Positions 36,156-47,012 of a stretch of 64,000 bases of DNA are shown here, piece after piece. Within the stretch, counting starts at the first letter, position 1; every line of letters starts with the position of its first letter. This DNA comes from Mobula hypostoma. Its lineage: Eukaryota. The DNA lies in contig NC_086108.1 in the NCBI RefSeq assembly GCF_963921235.1, positions 98,148,001-98,212,000 of the forward strand, given 5' to 3'. The notes below the pieces were generated by a model. It was not told the DNA's origin, ran no database searches, and was given only the letters and a program-made list of their open reading frames with translations. Position numbers and translations under genes: made by a program.

Positions 36156-37653
36156 TAGTGCCTATGAAAAGTATTCACCCGTTTGGAAGTTTTCATGTTT
36201 TAATGTTTCACAACACTGAATCATAGTGGATTTAAAAAGACTCTTTCAAGTCAAAGTGAAAACAGATCTGCACAAAGTGATCTAAATCAATTACCAATAT
36301 AAAACACAAAATAATAGATTGCATAAGTATTCACCCCCCTTTAATAAGACACACCAAATCATCACTGATTTGAATTGGTTTTAGAAGTCACAAAATTAGT
36401 TAAATGGAGGTCTGTTTTTGGAGACCTGTGTGCAGTCAAGGTGTTTCAATTGATATACCTGTATCTGGTACTTTCAACTGCTGGTGAGTCAGTGTCTTGG
36501 CAAAAACTACACCATGAAGACAAAAGAACACTCCAAGAAACTCCGCAGAAAGGTTATTGAAAAACACAATTCAGGAGATGGATACAAGAAAATTACCAAG
36601 TCACTGAATGTCCCTTGGAGTACAGTTAAGTCAATCAGAAATGGAAAGAATATGACACAGCTGTAAATCTGCCTAAAGCAGGCTATCCTCAGTGACCGTG
36701 CAAGAAGGGGACTAGTGAGTGAGGCCAACAAGAGAGCTATGGAGGAGTTACAAGCTTCAATGGCTGAGATGGGAGAGACAGCACATACAAATGTTGCCCA
36801 GGTGCTTCACCAGTTGCAGCTTTATGGAAATGTGGCAAAGAGAAAGCCACTGTTGAAAAAAAACTCACATGAAATCAGCTAGAAGCAGATTCTATAGTCT
36901 GATGAAGCTAAAATTGAGCTTTTTTCCCATCAGACTAATTGCTATGTTTGGTGTAAGCCAAGCACCACACATCATCAAAACACACCAACCCTACCGTGAA
37001 GTGTGGTGGTGACTGCATCATGGTGTAGGGATGCTTCATGGCTGCAGACCCTGGGAGGCTTGTGAAGGTAGAGGGTAAAATGAATGCATCAAAATACAGG
37101 GAACTCCTGGAGGAAAATCTGATGCAGTCTGCAAGGGAGCTGCAACTTGGGAGAAGAGTTGCTTTCCAGCAAGACAATGACCCCAAGCATAAAGCCAAAG
37201 CTACACAGGAATAGCTTAAAAACAACAAAATTAATGTCCTAGAGTGTCCAAGTCAGAACCTAGAACTCAACCCAATTAAGAATGTGGATGGACTTACCCC
37301 ATGCGATCTGACTGGGCTTGAGCAGTTTTGAAAAGGAGAATGGAGAAAAATTTTAGTGTCCAGATGTGTAATGCTGATAGAGACCTATCCACACAGACTC
37401 AAGTCTGCAATTGTTGCCAAAGGTACATCTGCTAAATACTGATTCGAATGGGATGAATACTTGTGCAATCAATTATATTGTTTTATATTCGTAATTAATT
37501 TAGATTATTTTGTGGAGATCTGTTTGTGGAGTCTTTTTTTGTTGATCAGTGCCAAAAAAGCCAAATTAAATCCACTGTGATTCAATGTTGTAAAACAATT
37601 AAACACGAAAACTTCCGGGGGTGGGGGGGGCTGAATAGTTTTTATAGGCATCT
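36156..37653 (+). mobile_element. Tc1 transposon (long-TIR IR/DR type), decayed transposase 36514-37442
   Basis: AGTGCCTATGAAAAGTATTCACCC...GAATAGTTTTTATAGGCA with ~200-bp TIRs and an inner AAGTATTCACCCCC repeat. MKTKEHSKKLRRKVIEKH..GYKKI, SDE, QQDNDPKH, LNPI, AKGTSAKY*; frameshifted. Confidence 0.93.
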
Positions 37654-37658
37654 TATAT

Positions 37659-38094
37659 AGCTAGGACAGCAAGACTTTTGCACAGTGCTATATTTGGAGT
37701 GGAGAGCAAATTTGTAAATTGGGTGGGAGCAATGGATGTTGGGAAGGTTGAGGGTGGAGCACTGTGGGAGGAGTGGTGGACAGGTGGCAGAGAAAGCAAG
37801 CCCGGGTGGAGGATGGCGTGGGAGAACACAACCAGCCTTGAGACACCAGCAAGGCCATCTGATTCCATTACAGAGTGTCTCTCTGGTGCTTCCCTCTCCC
37901 TTCTCCTTTTTCCAACCACGAGTCCCCTTTCCCTGCACCCTCCTCACTTTCAGTCCACAATAGGGACCCATATCAGAATCAGGTTTATCATCACTCATAT
38001 ACGTCATGAATTTTTTTTTGGGAGCAGCAACATCAGTACAATGCAATACATAAAATTACTTTGGTACTATGCAAAAGTCTTAGGCACCCTAGCT
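37659..38094. mobile_element. Segment bounded by inward-facing Tc1-type TIR halves
   Basis: AGCTAGGACAGCAAGACTTTTGCACAGTGCTA (37659-37690) and TGGTACTATGCAAAAGTCTTAGGCACCCTAGCT (38062-38094) are inverted repeats matching the TIR of 54159-55733. Confidence 0.65.
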
Positions 38095-38116
38095 CGCGCG
38101 CTCTCTCTATCTATAT

Positions 38117-38375
38117 CAATAGACAATAGACAATAGGTGCAGGAGTAGGCTATTCGGCCCTTTGAGCCAGCACCGCAATTCACTGTGATCATGGCTGATC
38201 ATCCACAATCAGTATCCAGTTCCTGCCTTATCCTCATAACCTTTGATTCCGCTATAGTTAAGAGCTCTATCCATCTTTTTCTTGAAAGCATCCAGAGACT
38301 TGGCCTCCACAGCCTTCTGGGACAGAGCATTCCATATATCCACCACTCTTTCGGTGAAAAAGTTTTTCCTCAACT
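38117..38375 (-). mobile_element. CR1 3' tail inserted in TA/CT microsatellite
   Basis: (CAATAGA)n and sequence closely matching 26946-27195; followed by (TA)n at ~38380-38404. Confidence 0.9.
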
Positions 38376-38378
38376 ATC

Positions 38379-38414
<36 letters not shown>

Positions 38415-38639
38415 GTACACGTACAGTACAGTAATTTTTAATTCCAGCTTACAGTAATTTTGTACTGTACTGCGCCACAAAACACGTCAGTGACAATAAA
38501 CCGGATCTGGACTGCCGTGTCTGCATTACAACAGTGATCATCCTTTAATAGACTCACTGGCTGGATAAAGCTTGGTAATCTCAGAGAGGTCATGAAAAAA
38601 AGATATATCCATTGCAAGCAAGTCTTTCTAATGCTCTGC

Positions 38640-39000
38640 CTCTACCATAACGGGCACCAACACTGAGGACATCTTCAAAAGGTGATGCCTCAGGAAGGTG
38701 GCATCCATCACCAAGGACCCCATTGCCCAGGACATACCCTCCCCTCATTGCCACCGTCAGGGAGGAGGTATAGGAGCCTGAAGACACGCACACAACATTT
38801 GAGGAACAGCTTCGTCTCTTCTGCTGTCAGATTTCTGAACAGACGATGAAGCAACCCAGGAACTCTACCTCACTATTTTTGCACTACTTAATTAAAAAAA
38901 AATCTTGTAATTTTAAGTTTTTAATGTGTTGCACTACACTGCTGCCACCACATAATGAACTTCACAATGTACGTCAGTGATATTAAACCTGATCCTGATA
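38640..39000 (+). mobile_element. Rex-Babar 3' fragment
   Basis: IFKR..ASITKDP..PSGRRYRSLKT..RNSF-like translation; ATTAAACCTGATCCTGAT tail. Confidence 0.8.
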
Positions 39001-39414
39001 CTGTGAGCCTTCTGAACTAGACTCCACAGTGTTGGTAAACTCCCCCACTATGTTCAGGTCAAGATCTTTCAAAAATGCCCTTTGGAACCACCTTAATAAG
39101 AAAAACACTTGTTCCTTCAAATCAAAGCAGGATACAGTATCAGATTCAGATATGAAAAGTAGCATGACGAAGTACTTTGCCACACTCGTTAAGCTCGACA
39201 AACAAGGAGTGATGCACCTTATGACGCCTTCCCCTCACAAACAGCTGCAGAAGTTCCTTTGCAAAAGTACAACCTACTTCCTTTCCAACCGTGATGTTTG
39301 CAATCCCACAAGGGGAGAAAAAGGTAACACTTGGTTTCAAAACTCCTTGCTTCCTAAGTAACTCCCTCAGCCACTACACAGAGGCTGTCAGTTAAATGTA
39401 GGCAGGCTCTGGTG

Positions 39415-39425
39415 GTGACTCAGCA
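39415..39425 (+). promoter_or_regulatory. Perfect ARE (CNC-sMaf / AP-1) motif GTGACTCAGCA
   Basis: Exact RTGACTCAGCA in a stretch I do not recognise as repeat. Motif match only. Confidence 0.3.
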
Positions 39426-39899
39426 TTTATATCTGATATGCTGATCAAGCTGCACTCAAGCAGGAAGCAAAACAACGCTGATAATGGAAATCAGAAACAG
39501 ACACAGAAGTGTCAGGAGCACCACCAGGTACAGGAGGGAAAAAAAGTGCATGGGGTAGGGGATGAAAAAGATGGGAGGAAGGCAGGAGAGATTAAAACAA
39601 AAAATTCACACACCGTCTTAAAGATTTCTTCCCCTGGCAGTTAATCTGATCAACCGGTCTAGGTTAGCCCCTCACCCTTCTTTCTATTAACCCCGTTACT
39701 GCACTTTAGACACTTTAAGCCACGATTTAGAATGCTGTTTGCATTGTAAATATATGCTGGTGTTTATGTATTTCTGCTCATTTTATTCCATATCTGTTCT
39801 TTAACCACAAAGTTTATTTTTATACAAGTCTTTATTCTTTATAATTGTTAAATTTTTTTCTTGCTCAGCTACACCCTCACCAACACACCACGGCAAATT

Positions 39900-40455
39900 C
39901 CTGATACACCTGCTTCTGAATGCAAATCTCTGATCAGCCAATCAAGTGGTAGCAATTCAATGCATAAAAACATGCTGATATGGTCAAAAGTCAGCAGACT
40001 CGATGGGCCGAATGGCCTATTTCTGCTCCTTTGTCTTATGGTCTTATGTTGTTCAGACCAAAAATCAGAATGGGGAAGAAATGTGATCTAAGTGACTTTG
40101 ACCATTGGTGCCAGAGGGGTGGCTTGAGTCTCTCAGGAACTGCTGGTCTCCTGGGATTTTCGCACACAACAGTCTCTAAAGTTTATAGAGAATTGTGTGG
40201 AAAACAAAAACATCCAGTGAGTGGCAGTTTTGTAGGAGAAAACGCCTTGCTAGTGAGAGAGGTCAGAGGAGAATAGCCAGACTGGTTCAAGCTGACAGGA
40301 AGGCGATGGTTAACCAAATCACCAGGCGTTACACCAGTGGTGTGCAGAAGGGCATCTCTGAACCCACAACACGTTGAACATTGAAGTGGATGGGCTACAG
40401 CAGCAGAAAACCACACTGGGTTCCACTCCTCTATTGAATAAAGAGGCCACTGGGT
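39900..40455 (+). mobile_element. Internally deleted Tc1 element retaining the DNA-binding region
   Basis: MGKKCDLSDFD..LLGFSHTTVSKVYRE..RGQRRIARLVQADRKA. Right TIR-like AATAAAGAGGCCACTG. Short CR1 tail inserted at ~39990-40046. Confidence 0.85.
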
Positions 40456-40794
40456 AACACCGATCCTTGGGATTAAATTACAAAAAAATGACAGTACTGC
40501 GACTGTCATTATAACACGTGCTCAAAGGAGATTCAAATGAGAATATTAGAATTATCCAAAATATACCATTTAATTCTTGAGCCCAGAAGCAAAATAGTTG
40601 GCAGATGCTGGTAACCTGAAGAAAGATCATAAAATACCGGAAACAGTACATCATCAGCGGTTCTCTCCTTTCTGCAGATGCGACCTGGACTGCAGAGTAT
40701 TTTCTGGATATCATTGTCCTGGAAGCCTAAATCATATCAGGGAGGAAGACTAGGTACTCTCCCTTGAGCTGACACTGGGTAAACGGATGAGTTC

Positions 40795-41270
40795 AAAGTT
40801 CAAAGTAAATTTATTATCAAAGTACATATATGACACCAAATCCTACCCTGAGATTCATTTTCTTGCAGGTGTTCACAGGAACAAAGCAACACAATAGGAT
40901 CAATGAAAAACTGCACACAAAGAATGACAAACAACCAACATGCAAAACACAACAAATTGTGGAAATTGAAAGAAAAGAAAAAAACCAAAACAACAATACA
41001 TAAATAATAAATAAATAATACTGAGAACATTAGTTGTAGAAATCCTTGAAAGTGAGTCTGCAGGTTCAGGCATCAGCTCACTGTTGAGGTGAATGAAGTT
41101 AGCCACACTGGTTCAGAAGCCTGTTGGTTTCAGGTGAATAACTGTTCCTGAACCTGGTGCTGCGGGACCTAAAACTCCTGTATCCCCATCACGATGGCAA
41201 CAGTGAGAAGACAGTGTGGCCTGGATGGCCGGGGGTCCATGATGATGGATGTTGATTTCTTGTGGCTTTG
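40795..41270 (-). mobile_element. Rex-Babar 3' end
   Basis: PGHPGHTVFSLLPS; (TTTGAAC)n tail. Confidence 0.85.
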
Positions 41271-41584
41271 CACACAATGGACTGGATATCATGCACTCCA
41301 GTTTGAAGCTTTCCAAAGCAGACCATAATGCTACAAGACAAAGGATGAAGGGTCAGGGTGCCAATGGGAGGGGTAATTCCAGTGACAGGTGCTCGACACC
41401 AAGGCTTATGCTTGCCAACAGAGTATAGGAAAACATCCAATCGAGACTTCATCACCACAGCACAGAGAAGGTTGCATTGTTAAAAATCGAAAGCAGTACA
41501 ATTGCATTGCTGTTTCACTTAGAAAGACAGCATAGGGTTGGGCACAAGAGACAAGCAGCAATAAACGGGGCAGGTAGCAACTCC

Positions 41585-41755
41585 TAAACACAAGAGATTC
41601 TGCAGATGTTGGAAATTAAGAATAACGCACACAAGTTGCTGGAGGAACTCACCAAGTCAGGCAGCATCCATGGAATGGAATAAACCATGGACATTTTGGG
41701 CCAAGACCCTTCATCAAGACTCACGCCCTGCTGAGTTTCTCCAGCACTTTGCGGT
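41585..41755 (-). mobile_element. Penelope pseudo-LTR with short inverted arm
   Basis: GATTCTGCAGATGTTGG..GCTGGAGGAACTCA..GACCCTTCATCAAG followed by inverted CTGAGTTTCTCCAGC. Confidence 0.75.
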
Positions 41756-42204
41756 TGCTGTTCAAGGTAGGAACCCCTCTGTTTGTATGAAAAACTGCTA
41801 ACAGAACGGGTTGGATTTAGCAGCAGAAGTGGCCGAGGTATCCAAGGGGAAGCGGTCACTTGGAATCATGGGAAGAGAGTGGAAAATTCAACATTCAAGC
41901 TTGCTTATTGTCATTCATCAGTACACAAGTGTAAAGGAGAACAAAATGCGTGTTACTCCAGATCTGATTCAATATAAAAATGCACAATCAGCAGAAAGAA
42001 CCAAAAAAACAGAATAAATATCAATACATAAGAATATCTCATATACATACACTAGTTAGTGAAGGCATCAAGTTACAAACTTCATCCATTCTCATTGTTT
42101 TATGTGCAGTTTTTCATTGATTGTATTGTATTTCTTTGTTTGACTGTCAATGCCCACAGGAAAATAAATGTCAAGGTAGTATATGGTGACAGACTGTGTG
42201 GCTG

Positions 42205-42425
42205 CACGATTTTCTACCGTACTGGGCTGCTTTGCCACAGTCCGGGTGTCACGGTTTTCTACCGTACTGGGCTGCTTTGCCACAGTCCGGGTGACAAGGT
42301 TTTCTACCATACTGGGGTGTTTTGTAACTGTCCGGGTGTTTGTCACTGTCCGGGTGACACAGTTTTCTACTGTACTGGGGTGTTTTGTCACAGTCTGGGT
42401 GACACGGTTTGTTAGCATACTGGGG
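42205..42425. repeat. 45-bp minisatellite, about 4.5 units
   Basis: Units like CACGGTTTTCTACCGTACTGGGCTGCTTTGCCACAGTCCGGGTGT start at 42205, 42250, 42295, 42358 and 42403; the third has an extra 18 bp. Confidence 0.92.
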
Positions 42426-42660
42426 CGGCACACTAGAGTGGTGATTAGCACAACACTACTACAGTGCCAGGCAACCAGTTTCAATCATTGCTTGTGTCTG
42501 TAAGGAGTTTGTCAACGCATTGGTTTCTTCCGGGTGCTCAGATTTCCTCCCACATTCTGAAGACAGACAGGCGTTAGCTAACTGGTCCCATGGGTGTCAT
42601 TTGGTGGCATGGGCTCATTTGGTCAGCATGGCGTGTTACCGTGTCGTATCGCTAAATACA
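42422..42660 (+). mobile_element. V-domain tRNA SINE
   Basis: GGGGCGGCAC head, CTGTAAGGAGTTTG..TTCTTCCGGGTGCTC..TTCCTCCCACA core. Confidence 0.75.
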
Positions 42661-43498
42661 ATAATAAAAATACTAGACATACTCAGCAGGTCAGGCGGGA
42701 ATCAGTGGGAAAGAAAAACAGAGTTCATGCTTCTGGGTGAAGCCCCTTTGTCAGAAATACGTCACCCAGTTCACTTGATTCAGAACTGATGAAACCCATT
42801 AACTTAGTTGCTCTTTCCACAGACAGTGTCGACTCATTGAATAATTTCCAGTGTTTTGTTTTTATATTTCATGTAATGATTCCATTAGTTCTGCTACAAC
42901 TTGTTGCATTACCACTGACCTTCAGTTTCATCTCCAACTTCTCCTCCTGAACCAAGGTCATTCACAAAAAACATCAAGACTAACACTTTAAACCAGATAC
43001 TGCCCATCCAAGCGTTTCCATATATTTCCAATGGAGCATCCAGATAAATTAATCTCGAGCCCAATTGCTCGCTCTTTAACCAATAAATTTTCACGTTGCT
43101 TCTTTAATACATCAAAATGTATTTTAGATTGGTAATAAAGTTCAATCAAGAACAGCCTTGATAACAATACTAGGGTGGGATGGTCAGTAAATTCCAGATG
43201 TCCATCAAAGATGTCCATTCTCCTCAGTTAAATATCAGGATTAAAGATTCACTTTCTTTGCCACAAGGAAGATTACCCTTTATGGGTATGCATGAACTTT
43301 CTAATACAAAATCTTTTATTTCACCCGCCCACCCCTCATATCCTGGGGCGAAGTCCCAAGTTGGAAGGCTGGTGGCTGTGAGCCTGAAAGCCTGGGCCTA
43401 GGATCGGTGGTTCAGAGGGCAGCCTGCCCTGAGGCTAAAGGTCAGTCTGTGTTTGAGGCGGTGGGTGGGTGAGAGGTAGGGTGGGAAAGGGGTTTCTC

Positions 43499-44141
43499 CT
43501 GATGAAGGGTCTCAGTCCCAGACATCCCACCCTGCAAAAACTCATTTCAGGGAGGTAGCACCATCAATTTGCGGGAGACTTCTGGGAGAGGTGGGATGTC
43601 TGCAATAGAGTAGCTCCTCAGCAGCCGCCAGCTAGTTTAAATAACGTTAGCTATGCTAATGAACGAATGACACCTGTTAAACTCACCTCAACACGTCTTT
43701 TACATTTTAACCCACCATGGGCAATAGAAAAGTCACTGTTGCAAACAGCGCAGTGAGCAACAGTGTCATTATTTTTGACCACTATTAGGCAGGGGTACAC
43801 TTTAGTGTAGTCTGGGGTGACGTACGTTTTATATTTTCTTTTTTTGGAACTCTCCCACTCTTGCTCTCTCTATCGCGCGCATGCGCGCTCGCTTTCTCGC
43901 TCTTGCTCTCTCATGCTTGCTTTCTCTCTCTCTCTCTCTCTCACTCTCTCTCTCGCACTTGCTTTCTCTCGCTCTCTCTCTCACTCACTCGTGGTCGCTC
44001 TCACTCGCGCTCGCTCTCAAAAAAACCAATTTCCGGGACATTGTATATAATTTGCGGGCATCCGGGAGCTACTATTAATTTGCGGGAGACTCCCGGACCT
44101 TCTGGGAGAGGTGGGATGTCTGCAGTCCGAAACATCTACTG
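43499..44141 (+). ncRNA. Penelope-type minimal hammerhead ribozyme motif, split by a DNA transposon
   Basis: Joining 43499-43518 to 44129-44141 gives CTGATGA-AGGGTCTCAGTCC-GAAAC-ATC-TACTG. The core is intact but stem I is not restored; presumed inactive. Confidence 0.6.
43519..44122. mobile_element. Non-autonomous DNA transposon with 13-bp TIR and 6-bp TSD
   Basis: Perfect TIR CAGACATCCCACC / GGTGGGATGTCTG. TSD CAGTCC (43513-43518, 44123-44128). Extra internal right-end copy ending at 43602. CGGGA repeats and a CT-rich microsatellite at ~43850-44018. Confidence 0.92.
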
Positions 44142-45859
44142 TTTACTCTTTTCCATAGACGCTGCCTGGCCTGCTGAGTTCCTCCAGCTTGTTTTGCTGT
44201 CCCTGTGTTGTTCTGCTGAACACTGTGGGCACAATATTGGTGGTGGAATGTGTGGCGACACTTGTGGGCTACCCCCAGCACATCCTTGGGTATGTCAGTT
44301 GTTAACTGAAACAACGTATTTCACTGTCTGTTTTGATGTACAATAGATAAATAAATCTGAATATCTGGGTGAAAACAGCTTGGAAGAAAAGGGTGCCCAG
44401 TTTCCATCTATGATTCTCTGCCAAGCAAATTCTCAGCCTTGACTGAAGATGATTTAGGGCAGAGGCCAGGCACTACTCCGTTGATGGGGGGGGGGGGGAG
44501 AAAAACACAGCATGTTACATCACTGCAGGCTGCTTTTCACATGCTCCACACGCAGTTCGACAAAAGGAGTAGCAGAAACCTAGAAGGAGCTTGCTAAGGA
44601 ATTGGTTTTCCCACAGAAGGGCACGTGTCAATGTAGGGAGAGGCAGAAAAAAAAGAAACCCACAAGGAAATGAGTATCTTTTGCTTTTCTTGACAGCTAA
44701 GTACAGGTGCACGACCTCTCCGCAACCTCTCAGCATGCAGTACTCATCCATACAGAAACACTGCGAGTCTCACACACCAGAACCGTGAGTTGCAACCCAA
44801 TCAATAACGTAGCAATCTAGTTTTGAAATACACATAGCTGCTGGAGGGATTGGCATGTCACCAGTGTTTAACCATTTTAATATTTCCATGATGTTCTTAC
44901 AGTGAAGTCTTTATTTTGCTACAGTCAGAGTTTGAAGAAGTCATTGACATTGCTTGACGTACACAGGAGATGTTTTTCCTCAAATGAAACTTTGCAAAGA
45001 TTAAGTCGATGGTTTCCAGGTGTGACTGCTGCTAGGGACAGGGATAAACTGTATATCTTGCCTTGGAACTAAGCTGCTTCATACATGGCCTTGATCTCGA
45101 GAATCAAAGTGCAACAAAGCAAGTATTGAAAACTTGATAAAGGCACACACTTAACATTGCTTCAGAATGTTTAACTGAAGTCCCCAATAATTATATTATC
45201 AATAAAGCACTGCACGCCATTGAGAACTCAACAGCACATTTTTTATAAAATCAGGCACGCCAACTGGTTTGGACAAAAGTATGGTACATTCAGATCAACA
45301 GGAAGCCATTAAAGTAACTAAAGTGAAGAAAGGTCATCTACTAGAAATGGTTAACTTTGTTTCTCCCACCGTGACCATTTTCAACATTTCTGCTTTGAGA
45401 ACCTCAAACATTACAGCACAGGACAGGCCCTTCGGCCCATGATGTTAAGCCTACATTATAACCTACTGCAAGATCAATTTAACCCTTCCCTCCCAGATAG
45501 CTGTCCATTTTTCAATCATGTCAAGTCATTTGTCATTTAACTGCATACACCTATACTGTCAAACGAGATGGTTCTCTGAACCAAGGTGTAAAGAGCAGTA
45601 GTACACATGTAACACACAATAACAGGAAAGTAAGGATAAAATCTACAGATGAACTATGCATAAATAAGTAAAGTGCAGAAATTAAATACTGTCAGGTGCA
45701 GGGCAGATTAACCAGTGACACTTCGAATGCGATGCGGCAAGGAGTTCAGAAGACTAATGGCCTGAGGGAAGAGACTGTTTCCCATCCTGACCATTCTTGT
45801 TTTTGTGCATCGGAGTCCCCTGCCTGATGGTAGAAAGTTAAAGAGGATGCTGGACGGGG

Positions 45860-46690
45860 GTGCCTATCTAAGAGTACAGTAAGTGTCCCTAATGCATCTC
45901 CTTCTACCACCACATTAGCAGCACATTCCACACATCTCACACTCTAAAAAAAGCTACTTCCGACATCCCCTCATACCTTCCCTCTCCCTCCCCAACACAT
46001 TAAAGTCATGACCCCTCGTATTCGTCATTCCACCTTGGGAAAAAGCCTCTGCCTGTCCACTCGATCTCTGCCTCTCACCTTGTACACCTGTATCAATTCA
46101 CATTTTATCCTCCTCTCCAAAGATTAAAAACCCTAGGTTATTCAACGTATCCTCATAAGACTCTCATCCTCCTCTCCGAAGAGAAAAGCCCTAGCCTGCT
46201 CAACTATCCTCATAAAACATGGTCTCTAATCCAGGTATCATCCTGATAAGTCTCCTCTGCACCCTCTATAAAAACTTCCTCACACTTTCTATAATGAGAC
46301 GAGCAGAACTGATTGCATATTCCAAATGTGGTCTAACCAGAACTTTATAGAGCTGCAATATTACCTTGTGGCTCTTGCATTCAATTCCCCAACAAATGGA
46401 GGCCAACAAACCATACGCTTTCGTAACCACTCTATCAACTTGTGCAGCAACTTTGAGGGACCTATGAATGTGAACCCTAATATCACTCTGTTTCTCCACA
46501 CAGTTAAGCAGCCTGCCATTAACCCCGCATTCTTCCTTCAAATTCAACCTTCCAAAGGGTACCACTTCATATTTTTCCAGATTGAACACCATCTGCTTCT
46601 TCGCAGCCCAGCTCTCTGCATTCCGTCAGTGTTCTGATGTAACCTACAGCAACCTTCTACACTATACACAACACCATTAAGATTTCTATT
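45860..46690 (-). mobile_element. CR1 LINE 3' part
   Basis: ORF 46266-46592: MVFNLEKYEVV..LYKVLVRPHLEY. Confidence 0.85.
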
Positions 46691-47012
46691 GTCAACAGTA
46701 TTATCAGAATGGTAAACCTGGCACACTGCCAAACCATAGCATATGATTGCAATATCAAGCTGCGGAATGCAGTGGAAAAGGGTGGCGCGAGTGTGGAACG
46801 AACTGCCAGTGAAAGTGACGCATGCAAGCACAATTTCACAGAAGCTTGGATAGGTACATAGATGGCAGAGTTATGGAGGACTGTGCTCTGGGTAAAGGTC
46901 ATTGGGACTAGGCAGCTTAAATGGTTGGCACAGACTAGATGGGCTGAAGGGCCAGTTTTTGTGCTGTACCTTTCTATGATTGACTCCAGAAAGAGTAGTG
47001 TATAATGTACAC

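Noticed and set aside
39029..39361. 110-aa ORF as a host exon
   Set aside because: No recognisable domain, non-ATG start and no convincing splice context.
42205..42425. CRISPR-like array
   Set aside because: Units are head-to-tail with no unique spacers, there are no cas genes, and the context is vertebrate; it is a minisatellite.
42059..42503. Overlapping ORFs of 106-130 aa
   Set aside because: Artefact of a stop-poor 45-bp repeat whose length is a multiple of 3.
43817..44346. Ser/Leu-rich ORFs resembling membrane proteins
   Set aside because: Translation of a CT microsatellite inside a transposon.
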